A stretch of DNA of 64,000 bases from positions 15,327 through 79,326 of the forward strand of contig JARGGJ010000004.1 in NCBI GenBank assembly GCA_029210915.1. Direction: 5' to 3'. Below the pieces are notes generated by a model, which was given only the letters and a program-made list of their open reading frames with translations, had not been told where the DNA came from and did no database searches. The translations under genes and the position numbers were made by a program. Position 1 is the first letter of the stretch, and each line of letters begins with the position of its first letter. Below, one piece after another: positions 35,411 to 44,783 of this stretch. This stretch comes from Patescibacteria group bacterium (GTDB lineage: Bacteria; Patescibacteriota; Patescibacteriia; 2-12-FULL-60-25).

Positions 35411-38005
35411 CTACGGATAAAGGCAGGCGTTCATCCAGGGGAACTGGCTTTCTCCGCAGATGTTGGAGTAATTGTTGTTTATTATGCCATTGGAGCAGAG
35501 GCCGAAATCGGTGGGAACGCCATCGAGTTCGAGCCAGACTGTGCCAATGACTGTGACACTGGTGCAATAGTAATTGGGCAGTTCTGAGGCGGGGATGCAT
35601 GGTGCCGGGGCAAGGCCCGAGGTGTCTCCCCAGTAGCGATTATTGCCAAGTGAAACTTGCCACCTGAATGAATTGAGTGATGCAACAGGCAGGCTAAATG
35701 TACACTCGGCCGTTTGAGATGTTATGGCGGAGCAACCCGGGGCGGGCCCCCAATCATTTGAGCCGACTACGTATGTGAATTTTGGCATGGTCCAAGTTGG
35801 GCCTTGGTAACGCAGTTTGATACTTACGTAATCCAAACTTTGCGAGGTGCCACCGGAACCGGATGTTCCTGCGGTACCGCCAGTGCTGCTTGTTCCACCT
35901 GTGCCGGATGTACCACCGGTTCCACCGGTGTTGGTGGAATAGCAAGAGCACATACCGGACCAGAAACCGTTATCACACAACTCGTCACCGATGTAACCAT
36001 CACCGCAGAGCGGTGAGCAATCGCGAGTTGTGCCGGTTGTACATTCGGCTTGTAGCGTACCACCTGACCCGGCTGTACCGCCTGTGCCGGATGTTCCACC
36101 TGTTCCTGTGCTTTCGGGATGGCAGGCACAAGTGCTCCATGAATCATCAACGCAAGGCTGGATGCCATAGTAACCACTGGGGCATTTGGAAGTACAATCT
36201 TGCGTTTGGCCGGAAACGCACTCGGGCTGAGGTGATCCACCTGCGCCTCCGGTGCCGGATGTTCCGCCCGCGCCACCGGTTCCCTCGGCGGGGCAGATGC
36301 ACGCACTTAGCGTGTTATCAGTAAGGCATTCTTGAACTCCGCCTTCGCAGATATCATCGCAAGGCAAAGTTGCACCGGGCGGGTTGCATGGGTCGCCGGT
36401 TCCGCCGCCACCGGGGCCGGGCTCGCACATGCAGGGGCCGAATGACTTTCCGTCATCAAGACACGATTGTGTGCCGGACGTTGTACCGCATGAACAAGGA
36501 AGTACGCTTCCGGGTGTACAGATTGATTGCGAGGTTCCGGTTGGGCACTCAAGTGCTGATGATTCGGTGATGAGATCGTTTGATCTGGCACCGGCCACCA
36601 CATCTAAAGTGCTTGGTTCAATTTCGTAGACACAGTTGGAGTTATAACCAAGGCTCTGGAACAGCTCCCAGCTAAGGATTGGTCGCCGTGTTCCGTGCTG
36701 ATTGGCAACGGTTACTTCGCTATCGCCAAAGCCTTTTGCCAAAGCGCCGGGCATAAAGCCAACACCACCCTCGTTTTTTAGAGCGCTAACGAGCTCTTGT
36801 TTTTCCGTAGAGGGATAGTGCTGAATATCGGAATCAGTGTAACCCCAGGATAAGAAGGACTCGTAAGAAAGGAAGACTTGGTAACCCGTGGCCTCGAACC
36901 CGCCGCCGGGGTAAAGCCTGTAGACCTCGGATGAGCCATCGAATTTGATAACCTTGGCATCGAGGACTGTGCTCGTTTCGTGAAATGACGTTTCACGATA
37001 GCAACTCAACTCTTCGCGGGTTGTGGTAATACGGCAAGTACGAGGCAAAGTTTTGTAGTTTGTGACGTTAAGGATTTGATCATCCTCCACGACAAGCCAA
37101 TCTTTGCCTGTCTCCTCATCAAACAGCAATGTACCGATGGGATGGTGAGTGATAGATTCGGCGACAACACCTTGCTCGAGCGAGACTCCGATGTGCTTTG
37201 CAAGAGCGGGTATAAAAGTACTTGGTTTTGTGTAGTACTTTTTGTAGTCCCCGTTCATGCTATCGTTTCCGCGGAGCCAAAACTTGGGCTCGGTAGCTTG
37301 AGCGTCTGCCAAGCTTTGGATTCTGACTCCAAGATGCAAATGCTCGGGGCCTTCGCCGTTTAAAGCGCTTGTTTGAATATACAAGATGACATCATTTGCA
37401 TTGACAGTATCCCCCACTTTCCAATTCAATGCCGGGTTTTGGCCGGTTGGATCGGTTTTACTGCCATGGCCATAAATGGTGAGAAATTTATGGATTGAAA
37501 CCGATTCGCCATCGCCATTTGTGACGGTGATAGGAACTTCCAACACATGTTCAATAACAGTCACCAAAGTTCCATATCCGTCCGCTTTGCCGTAAAAGAC
37601 GATCTTACCATTGGCGATTGGATAGATTTCTTCGCCGGCAACGTAGATTAAATCACGGCCGAGATGAGGAATGCCTTTGTATTCGCTCAAGAAATCGCGA
37701 TTGCCGTAGAGTAAGTTCGCATCTTGGAAATCTTCTGCATTTGTGGGATAGCGAACATCAATTACATAATAAGATGATGCGCTTTGACTCCCAATCTTTG
37801 AGCCGCTGACAGAGTTTCCCTGAACTTCTTCTCCGCCATCGCAGGCAATAATCGCAGAGAAAGCGGTTAATGCGGTTAAGAGTATTAATGATTTATTAAA
37901 ATCGCGGAGCGTGCGTTCGTGGGATGTAATCTTCATGACACGAAGTCCTTTCCGTAAGTGAAGTGACGTTTGGGCGTTTCTTTCGATTGTCGATGTGCGT
38001 TTCAT
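35411..38005 (-). CDS. Secreted/lipoprotein M23 (LytM-type) metallopeptidase with four Cys-rich repeat modules and a C-terminal beta domain
   Basis: 864 aa. Strong SD GGAGGAG, lipobox-like LTAFSAIIAC, M23 motifs HLGRDL...YGHG...HLHLGV. Four C-x-C modules are separated by (G/T/S)-rich linkers (TGGTSGTGGAGGS). One module reads CGDGYIGDELCDNG, like the myxococcal Cys-rich repeat. Confidence 0.85.
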   Translation of the reverse strand: MKRTSTIERNAQTSLHLRKGLRVMKITSHERTLRDFNKSLILLTALTAFSAIIACDGGEEVQGNSVSGSKIGSQSASSYYVIDVRYPTNAEDFQDANLLYGNRDFLSEYKGIPHLGRDLIYVAGEEIYPIANGKIVFYGKADGYGTLVTVIEHVLEVPITVTNGDGESVSIHKFLTIYGHGSKTDPTGQNPALNWKVGDTVNANDVILYIQTSALNGEGPEHLHLGVRIQSLADAQATEPKFWLRGNDSMNGDYKKYYTKPSTFIPALAKHIGVSLEQGVVAESITHHPIGTLLFDEETGKDWLVVEDDQILNVTNYKTLPRTCRITTTREELSCYRETSFHETSTVLDAKVIKFDGSSEVYRLYPGGGFEATGYQVFLSYESFLSWGYTDSDIQHYPSTEKQELVSALKNEGGVGFMPGALAKGFGDSEVTVANQHGTRRPILSWELFQSLGYNSNCVYEIEPSTLDVVAGARSNDLITESSALECPTGTSQSICTPGSVLPCSCGTTSGTQSCLDDGKSFGPCMCEPGPGGGGTGDPCNPPGATLPCDDICEGGVQECLTDNTLSACICPAEGTGGAGGTSGTGGAGGSPQPECVSGQTQDCTSKCPSGYYGIQPCVDDSWSTCACHPESTGTGGTSGTGGTAGSGGTLQAECTTGTTRDCSPLCGDGYIGDELCDNGFWSGMCSCYSTNTGGTGGTSGTGGTSSTGGTAGTSGSGGTSQSLDYVSIKLRYQGPTWTMPKFTYVVGSNDWGPAPGCSAITSQTAECTFSLPVASLNSFRWQVSLGNNRYWGDTSGLAPAPCIPASELPNYYCTSVTVIGTVWLELDGVPTDFGLCSNGIINNNYSNICGESQFPWMNACLYP
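35800..36310 (-). repeat. In-frame tandem GGN/ACN-rich repeats encoding (G/T/S) linkers between Cys-rich modules of the M23 protein
   Basis: Repeated ggtggtaca/ggaacatccggcacagg-type units. They give rise to many shadow ORFs in the track (35754-36324). Confidence 0.85.
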
Positions 38006-38069
38006 GTTCTCCTCCTAATCCACCGCTACTAGTTACGATGGATATTGGGGGGATCATGGATGACTTTTT

Positions 38070-38122
38070 CGTTTATAACCCCATTATTCAACGGGGCAGG
38101 CCGTTTGTAACGTTTATAACGA
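38070..38122. repeat. Conserved 45-50-nt motif upstream of the M23 gene (partner upstream of leuS)
   Basis: cgtttataaCCCCattattcaaCGGGGcaggccgtttgtaacgtttataacgag versus 49358-49402 acgtttataaCCCCGTTatgcAACGGGGcaggctgtttataacgag. Both lie about 65-115 nt 5-prime of a minus-strand ATG. Confidence 0.85.
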
Positions 38123-38186
38123 GTTTATAAAGTTTGTAAAGTTGAAAGTTTGTAAGGTTGAAAGTTTGTAAGGTTATTAAAGAGTG

Positions 38187-38534
38187 AATGAAGTGCAGGT
38201 ATAACATTCGGAAGTATTTGGTATATACGTACTGACTTTGGATTTTTCGTGCTTTGCCCTTGGCCAATTGTGGCGGGGTTTTGCCGAGCGGAATGATTTA
38301 TTTACATACATTCCGTTACGAATTTATCCATCGTTTATTTTTATTGCTTAATACTTGGCTAATGCTTAACGAGGTTTGATTTTATCAAAATGTGTATCAT
38401 CTCCTCTTGATACGTAAGAGCGATAACAAGCCAGTTACCATACCAGCTTGTGGCCGCATCCAAGGCCCGTGATCTCCTTGGGACAGCCCGATCTTTTTTT
38501 TGCATTGCCAAGTTGTTATACCTGCACTTGCATT
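38187..38534. repeat. Segment of about 340 bp bounded by a 16-21-bp inverted repeat (unknown ncRNA or non-autonomous element)
   Basis: gaatgAAGTGCAGGTATAACA (38187-38206) against TGTTATACCTGCACTTgcatt (38514-38534). The interior holds hairpins CGGAATG..CATTCCG, CTCTT..AAGAG, CCAAGG..CCTTGG and a T8 run. No ORF. Confidence 0.75.
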
Positions 38535-38719
38535 TGTTATGGTGCGGGGCGCGAAAGCCTTACTAATAGTGTCGGTTTAATATCGAATTTGGTCAATTCA
38601 AGTGATTGGTGACAAATGACAACCGCTAAAGCGAAATAATAAATAATAAATAATAAATAATAATTTTGCCGAAAAAAAACCAAATATTCTGTTTGTTGAT
38701 TATGACAATTGTTGTTTTG

Positions 38720-40201
38720 TCAGGTGATCTCATTACAAAAAATGGATTGCTTTGTGTATAACTCGTTTTTTTGGCGCAACAAAAACCATAATCGGATGAT
38801 TAAGACGTATGTTCCGACGCAAAAGAAAAAATTTGTGCCCGAAATGTGGATATCCATCCAAGGAAATACTTCGGCGATTCTTGCAGAGAGAAAAATAATT
38901 TTACTTAATCCCAAAGTCGGAAGATTTATAAAATGAATATGAGATCCAAACACAGCGGTAACAGCTCCAAAGAGCATGGCCCATGGCACAATGGGTACGG
39001 CTATTAGATTAGTAAAAAGCCCGGCAAGTGAAATACGTTCAAAAACCAAAGAGATGTAAGGCGTTGTCATGAGGGTAGCGGCAAAAGTTGTAGCGGCTGC
39101 CTCGCGCAGACCCCAAGTTGCGGGTAAATATTTAAACTTTTCGGTAAATATAGGTGTCCAGATAACCAAGCCGATGGTTGCCAAAAAAGATAAGGCGAAT
39201 CCGGCATCAAAAGCAAACATCCACGGATCGTAAAGCGATAGAAGGGCGGCCGAGAGCAAACAAAGATGCCAAATGTTGGGTGAACGTCCAAGGTGACGCG
39301 CTAATAATAAAATCCAACCCATAATGGCGGCGCGCGCAACAGAGGCGGAGAAACCCACGAAGCCAAAAAAGAGAAGCATTGCGGCGGTTGTGATTGTAAA
39401 TGCTTGGTGGCGCCAAAGGCCGATACCGAGCAGGATTGAGAATACGACGGTGACTATGATTGTAAAGTTGGATCCGGATACGGCGATGATGTGGGTGAGG
39501 CCGGCGCGTCGAAAAAGATCTTTTGCTTGCGGAGTTAAATTGCGCTCTCCGTAAAGCAGGCCCGCCACCAGCACACCTTCATCTCCCGGGATCGATGAGT
39601 TGATGCGTTTATTGGCAAGGTTGCGCCAACCGGCAAAAACATTGCGCAAATCGTACCAAGCAGGAGGTGAAACGATGTTAAGTTTGACGCTTTTGCAATA
39701 ACCGTGCGAATAATATTGCCACATGTAAAATTTATATTTCGTATCTCCATCTTCTTGAATCCTGGGCTGCAAATCGCAAGTTATAAGCACTTTTGATCCT
39801 ATCGCGATATCATTTTTAAGATCTATTTGAATTTTAGACGGCGCTTCCAAGAAATTGCCGGCTGGGATTTTAATGTTAGCTTTTTTGCCATATGTTCCCT
39901 GCCAGACGCTTTGTATTGTTGCGGGGGAGGAATCCAGTTTTAGGGGAAGTTTTGGCGGGACCGAGAGATCGAATCGGACAAGCCCCATGGCAAAACAAAA
40001 AATAATCAATGCGAAAAATTTAGTTCCGCCTCTTGTTAGAGAAAACGCCAAACATAAAGCCAATGATAAAATCACCCAAATATTTACCGAATATTTTAAA
40101 AGCGGGGTTATGGAGTGAATAATGATTCCAAATAAAAAAGCCCCAAGATAAAACATCCTCCGGCGCAATTCGAACCAGTGTAAAATTTTCTCTCTCCTCA
40201 T
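38720..40201 (-). CDS. comEC: ComEC/Rec2-family DNA internalisation channel (competence domain only)
   Basis: 493 aa, polytopic. LLYGERNLTPQAKDLFRRAGLTHIIAVSGSNFTII is the ComEC competence-domain signature. No C-terminal MBL domain. Confidence 0.85.
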   Translation of the reverse strand: MRREKILHWFELRRRMFYLGAFLFGIIIHSITPLLKYSVNIWVILSLALCLAFSLTRGGTKFFALIIFCFAMGLVRFDLSVPPKLPLKLDSSPATIQSVWQGTYGKKANIKIPAGNFLEAPSKIQIDLKNDIAIGSKVLITCDLQPRIQEDGDTKYKFYMWQYYSHGYCKSVKLNIVSPPAWYDLRNVFAGWRNLANKRINSSIPGDEGVLVAGLLYGERNLTPQAKDLFRRAGLTHIIAVSGSNFTIIVTVVFSILLGIGLWRHQAFTITTAAMLLFFGFVGFSASVARAAIMGWILLLARHLGRSPNIWHLCLLSAALLSLYDPWMFAFDAGFALSFLATIGLVIWTPIFTEKFKYLPATWGLREAAATTFAATLMTTPYISLVFERISLAGLFTNLIAVPIVPWAMLFGAVTAVFGSHIHFINLPTLGLSKIIFLSARIAEVFPWMDIHISGTNFFFCVGTYVLIIRLWFLLRQKNELYTKQSIFCNEIT

Positions 40202-40315
40202 GACTATTGTGACACGGAAATTGACAAGTTTGTCAAGGGGAAAACTTTACTAAATGACAAATTTTAAATATTAAATAACAAATAATAAAGAATAAAGAAC
40301 TAAACTGATTAAAGA

Positions 40316-40393
40316 AAAAGTTCATCAAGATAAAGTTTATCAAGAGTAGATAATGTTTCTCTTGATGAACTTGCTACTTTAAGCTTGATGAAC
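40316..40393. repeat. catcaagag-family hairpin upstream of comEC
   Basis: aaaaagttcatcaagataaagtttatcaagag ... ctcttgatgaacttgctactttaagcttgatgaac. Confidence 0.9.
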
Positions 40394-40485
40394 GATGAAT
40401 CTAATAAAAAATAAAGTCTTAGTGCAGAGCGACGACTGAAACATTTACCTGATTGACAAGGATTGTTTGTGCGAGGATTGATTTT

Positions 40486-41124
40486 TTAGTGGTGCGGGTT
40501 AAATAACCAAATAGCATTTTCACTTTCGGCGTAATCTTTTGGGGAGATTTCTTCCATTTGAAGAAGAAAGTTTAATTGTTTGTTTTTTTTGCGCATTAAT
40601 ACCAAATCCCTTTTTTCTTTAGAAACCGCCAGGTAAAAAGCGCGTTGAGCAAAGGTGGTGCATACATACTGATCGATATCGATCACGTGTTTTGTGATCC
40701 AGTTTACTATTTCGGTTCCAAAAATCTTATTAACAAATTTTTTAGTAAAATATGAAAACAATCGAGAAAAATCGTATGGAGTGTCCACAGCGTCCAAAAA
40801 GAAACCTCTAAAACGTTCGCGTTCTTGATCGTTTAGAATCGGTATTCTTTTTATGCCTATGTCGTATTTTTTTGGATTCCTTAGGTAGTGTTCGATGCGA
40901 TGAATCTCTATACCGCGGTCCAGAGCCTCTATTATTAAAACATCCGGATGATTTGTTGAGTTTGGGATTACATCAAAAACCAAGGCCACATGACTCCAAT
41001 ATGAAGATGTTGCCCGGCGGATTAATTTTGATAGCCAATAACCTTTTGTATGTACTAAAATTACATCCCCTATTTTTAGTTGGGGCAAGGCCGCTTGCAT
41101 GGTTTTAAAGCGCGCCTTTTGCAT
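40486..41124 (-). CDS. Permuted papain-like amidase (YiiX/YaeF, C92-like), paralog 2
   Basis: 212 aa. LKIGDVILVHTKG...SSYWSHVALVF...IIEALDRGIEIHRIEHYL. Clearly alignable to the adjacent ORF. Confidence 0.65.
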   Translation of the reverse strand: MQKARFKTMQAALPQLKIGDVILVHTKGYWLSKLIRRATSSYWSHVALVFDVIPNSTNHPDVLIIEALDRGIEIHRIEHYLRNPKKYDIGIKRIPILNDQERERFRGFFLDAVDTPYDFSRLFSYFTKKFVNKIFGTEIVNWITKHVIDIDQYVCTTFAQRAFYLAVSKEKRDLVLMRKKNKQLNFLLQMEEISPKDYAESENAIWLFNPHH

Positions 41125-41126
41125 AT

Positions 41127-41795
41127 TTAGTGTTTATTCCAAATCCAATCGCATGCATCGCTTTCGGCGATGTCGGCTGGAGAGGTTGTTTCTTGGATTT
41201 CGATAGGTGTGTATCCGGGGCCTTTAAACACAATATCCGCACGATCCTTCCAATCTACAGCTTCATAAAAAGATTTTTGTACCAAACCGCTACAAGAATA
41301 ACGCTGTCGCCTTAATAGATTCTTTTTATAGAAATCGGAAAATAATGCCAATAAAAATTTTGAGGTTGCCAAAGGATAATATGGCGTATCGATGTTCATT
41401 AGCATATACGAACGAACGCGGGATTTAATACTTGGGCTTAACCAAGAAAAGCGTTTTATGCCTATATCGTATCTAGCTGGATTGTTTAGGTATTTTTCCA
41501 GACGGTGAATCTCTACTCCGCGCTTGAGTGAGCTGTTTATTCCATATTGAATGGATTCTATGTAAATATTGTTAGAATAACCTTTTGTGGCATCAAAGGG
41601 GTAGATAATCATGGCCGTATGATCCCAATACGATTGGGTTACTCTTCGGAGCAATCGCCTCATGACTCCTTTTTTGTGCCTCACCAAAATAATGTCCGCG
41701 ACCTCCAGTTTTGGCAAAGGCCCGTGAATTTTTTCCAGTTCAGATAAGTTGAGCCGCCCGCGCGGCGACTCGTTGCCCCTCTTTTTTATGCTCAT
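41127..41795 (-). CDS. Permuted papain-like amidase (YiiX/YaeF, C92-like), paralog 1
   Basis: 222 aa. LEVADIILVRHKKG...QSYWDHTAMII...YIESIQYG...GVEIHRLEKYL. Its stop lies 3 nt before the start of paralog 2. Confidence 0.65.
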   Translation of the reverse strand: MSIKKRGNESPRGRLNLSELEKIHGPLPKLEVADIILVRHKKGVMRRLLRRVTQSYWDHTAMIIYPFDATKGYSNNIYIESIQYGINSSLKRGVEIHRLEKYLNNPARYDIGIKRFSWLSPSIKSRVRSYMLMNIDTPYYPLATSKFLLALFSDFYKKNLLRRQRYSCSGLVQKSFYEAVDWKDRADIVFKGPGYTPIEIQETTSPADIAESDACDWIWNKH

Positions 41796-41825
41796 AATCT
41801 GTTAGTATGATACAATATTTTTAAT

Positions 41826-42290
41826 ATGAAGACAAAAAAAGTTATCCCGAAAAAGTTAATAAAAAAGCAAAAAACAATAAAGCTCACTAAAAATGATAAT
41901 ATCAAGTGTTTTCCATCCGATTGGTTCGATAAGATGCCGGCACCAATTTTTATTTTGGATGAGAGCGGACAAATACTTTACGCGAATGATGCGTTTTGTG
42001 ATTTAATAAATAAAAAGAAAAAAGCTTGCTTGGCCGTAAAGCCAATGGACATGATGATAGATCAGGCTGAAAATCGAAAATTTTTAAAGGATCTGTTGCA
42101 AGTTTACAGAGGCGTGGCAATTAAAAGGGGTATTTATACATTAAATATTTCGGGCAAAAGCTTTAAAACCCTTTTAGATATAGCGCCGGTTTATGATAAC
42201 AAGAAAAAAATGGTGCAGTATGCAGTAGGCTTGATTTTGGATCACGACTCTAAAAAGGGGCTAAGGAGATTGAGGGATTTGTTTAAATAA
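41826..42290 (+). CDS. Small PAS-domain protein
   Basis: 154 aa. MPAPIFILDESGQILYANDAFCDLINKKK... is a PAS N-cap/beta pattern. Divergent from the C92 pair. Confidence 0.55.
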   Translation: MKTKKVIPKKLIKKQKTIKLTKNDNIKCFPSDWFDKMPAPIFILDESGQILYANDAFCDLINKKKKACLAVKPMDMMIDQAENRKFLKDLLQVYRGVAIKRGIYTLNISGKSFKTLLDIAPVYDNKKKMVQYAVGLILDHDSKKGLRRLRDLFK

Positions 42291-42324
42291 CAAATGGCAA
42301 ATATCAAATAGCAAGAGTAAATTA

Positions 42325-42357
42325 AAAAATCAGAGCTTGAATTGCTCTGATTTTTTT
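42325..42357. terminator. Bidirectional terminator between the PAS gene and trxB, nested in the loop of a repeat hairpin
   Basis: aaaaaa-TCAGAGC-ttgaatt-GCTCTGA-ttttttt. Flanked by the complementary arms aaataacaaatggcaaatatcaaatagcaagag (42285-42317) and ctcttgctatttgccatttgttattt (42372-42397). Confidence 0.85.
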
Positions 42358-42400
42358 CTAACTGTCGCTTCTCTTGCTATTTGCCATTTGTTATTTACTA

Positions 42401-43324
42401 TTATTCTTGTTCCTCCAAAAATTTCTTTGCCTCCAGCGCGGCCATACAGCCGGTGCCTGCAGAGGTGATGGCTTGGCGGTAGACACGGTCCATTACGTCG
42501 CCTGCCGCATAGATGCCACCAACATTTGTTTTAACACCGTCGGTGACGATATAACCTTCGGTATCGCAGGTGATAAGATCTTTGCAGAAATCCGTGTTGG
42601 GGCGGTGGCCGATAGCAATAAAAACTCCGTCGATTGGCATTTCCGATGTTTCATTGGTTAGATTATTTTTAATGCGGATTTTTTCCAGTTTCATATCTCC
42701 CATAAATTCATCTATCTCCGTATTGAACACGAACTTGATTTTGGGATTGGCCTTGGCGCGCTCGAACATAATTTTGCTGGCACGGACAGCGTTTTCGCCT
42801 TTGCGAACGAGGACAGTTACAGATGCGGCGACCTTGGCCAGAGTTTGCGCGTCTTCCATGGCAACATCCCCGGCGCCTACTACAGCAACATTTTTATCGC
42901 GGAAGAAGAAGCCATCGCAAGTTGCGCAACCCGAGACTCCGCGGCCTTTAAACTTTTCCTCGGACTCCGTGCCAAGCCATTTAGCCACGGCTCCCGTGGC
43001 AATGATGACGGTTTTGACTTTTCCGGATGTTTTTTCGCCATGTAAAATAAAACCATCTTCAACTTTTTCGATTTTGGTAACTTTTCCATCCAAAAGATTC
43101 GTGCCGAAACGAGCAGCTTGTTGTTTGGAGCGTTCCATAAACTCAGGCCCCATAATGCCCTCGGGAAAGCCGATGAAGTTTTCGACTTCGTTGGTTGTTG
43201 TGAGCTGACCGCCCGGTTCGGGACCAAGCCAGAGCGCAACGGTAAAACCAGCACGAGCAGCGTAAACCGCGGCCGAGTATCCGGCAGGGCCGGCACCGAT
43301 TATACCTATATCGTAGTTATTCAT
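42401..43324 (-). CDS. trxB: Thioredoxin-disulfide reductase
   Basis: IIGAGPAGYSAAVYAARAG, redox-active CATCDG, VVGAGDVAMEDA. The track GTG start at 43354 was trimmed to the ATG at 43324 (MNNYDIGIIGAG). Confidence 0.93.
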   Translation of the reverse strand: MNNYDIGIIGAGPAGYSAAVYAARAGFTVALWLGPEPGGQLTTTNEVENFIGFPEGIMGPEFMERSKQQAARFGTNLLDGKVTKIEKVEDGFILHGEKTSGKVKTVIIATGAVAKWLGTESEEKFKGRGVSGCATCDGFFFRDKNVAVVGAGDVAMEDAQTLAKVAASVTVLVRKGENAVRASKIMFERAKANPKIKFVFNTEIDEFMGDMKLEKIRIKNNLTNETSEMPIDGVFIAIGHRPNTDFCKDLITCDTEGYIVTDGVKTNVGGIYAAGDVMDRVYRQAITSAGTGCMAALEAKKFLEEQE

Positions 43325-43553
43325 AATATATTTAGTAATTAATATACTTAGCACTCAAACTCGTACTTAGTCGTAATACTTCCTCTTAGCTATACGGGAT
43401 AAATAGCCCTAGTCCTAGTCCTAGTCCTAGTCATAGTGGTAGTAGCTAATGAATTTGTAAGTCGAGTGGTATGTACTTTATTACTTGTACGATTATTTGG
43501 CAACACTCTGATGCTGGTCATAATTACAATGTTGGTTTAGTATAAATATAAAT

Positions 43554-44783
43554 ATGAATAACAAAAAATATTTTGGTTTAGCGAGTTTTATAATGTTTGC
43601 GGTTTTGGCTTTTAGTTTTGGATTTAACGCATTCGCACAAATCACTACCAATGCGGCAAACATAACATCAACCCCCGGATTAATTGAAGAGCCTATTACC
43701 AATCCGGAAAATATTACAAATAAAAACTCTAACACTAAACCTGTAGATGATTTATTTGAAGCTAAGGTGATTGAAATCTTGGAAGAGAGGCCGGTAAGCC
43801 AACCCGATGGATCCGTTGTTGTACAGCAGAAAGTTAAAATGCGAGGCTTAAAGAATATATGGAAAGATTTTGAATTTGAGTTTAATGGGATATCAGAGAT
43901 AATCGCGGTTAGCGGTAATGTATATAAAAAAGGCGACCATGTACTTGTAAACCATCAAATTGATTCGGACGGAAACGACGTTTATTATATCGCGGATTAC
44001 ATAAGGCGTTGGCCGTTGTACTTTTTGGCTTTCTTATTTGCTCTCACTATAACGGTTGTTGGTAAAGCCAGAGGGTTTAGATCTTTAATAGCTCTTATTA
44101 TCAGTTTCTTGATTATTCTTAAGGGCACGATCCCGCTTATTCTTGCGGGCTGGAATCCTCTTGCGGTTGGGATACTGACTTGTATCTTAATATTTATATT
44201 CCTTATCTACATAACGGATGGCTGGAACCATAAAAGTCATTTGGCCATATTGAGTTTGGCGGTGGCAATGGTTATTGTGGCTTTGCTTTCTTGGATTTTT
44301 ACATATTTAACCCGGTTAACAGGAACCTCGAGCGAGGAAACATTGTTTTTAATCGGCATAGGTGAAAAAGCAATCGACTTTAAGGGTTTGTTTTTGGCCG
44401 GTGTGCTGATTGGTGCCTTGGGTGTGTTGGATGACATTGTGATTGGCCAAATAGAAGCCGTAGAACAAATAAAAAAAGCTAATCCCAAGTTGCCTGTAAA
44501 GCAAACTTTTAAATTAGCTCTTGATGTTGGCAATGCCCACATTGGCGCAATGGTTAATACTTTGTTTTTGGCTTACGCAGGCGCATCGTTGCCTCTATTA
44601 ATCTTATTCTCGATAAATGAACCGCCGTTTCTTACATTTGGGCAAGTTATCAATAGCGAATTAATAGCCGGTGAAATTGTAAGAACATTGGTTGGCAGTT
44701 TAGGAATTGCTTTAGCCATGCCGCTTGCAACTTATTTAGCCGCAAGTTTTTACAAACCTAAAAATTCCAACTCTTCGAGTTAG
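43554..44783 (+). CDS. YibE/F-family integral membrane protein
   Basis: 409 aa. N-terminal signal/TM, soluble loop, then multi-TM core with LGVLDDIVIGQIEAVEQI typical of YibE/F. Confidence 0.75.
   Translation: MNNKKYFGLASFIMFAVLAFSFGFNAFAQITTNAANITSTPGLIEEPITNPENITNKNSNTKPVDDLFEAKVIEILEERPVSQPDGSVVVQQKVKMRGLKNIWKDFEFEFNGISEIIAVSGNVYKKGDHVLVNHQIDSDGNDVYYIADYIRRWPLYFLAFLFALTITVVGKARGFRSLIALIISFLIILKGTIPLILAGWNPLAVGILTCILIFIFLIYITDGWNHKSHLAILSLAVAMVIVALLSWIFTYLTRLTGTSSEETLFLIGIGEKAIDFKGLFLAGVLIGALGVLDDIVIGQIEAVEQIKKANPKLPVKQTFKLALDVGNAHIGAMVNTLFLAYAGASLPLLILFSINEPPFLTFGQVINSELIAGEIVRTLVGSLGIALAMPLATYLAASFYKPKNSNSSS

Noticed and set aside
42361-42425. Apparent 1-nt disagreement between my hand count and the ORF-track coordinates at the trxB stop and the 42374 ORF
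   Set aside because: The translation in the track requires an A5 run where I read A4 across a line break. I attribute this to my miscounting of a homopolymer rather than to a frameshift. As a consequence, my hand-placed motif coordinates should be taken as +/-2 nt.
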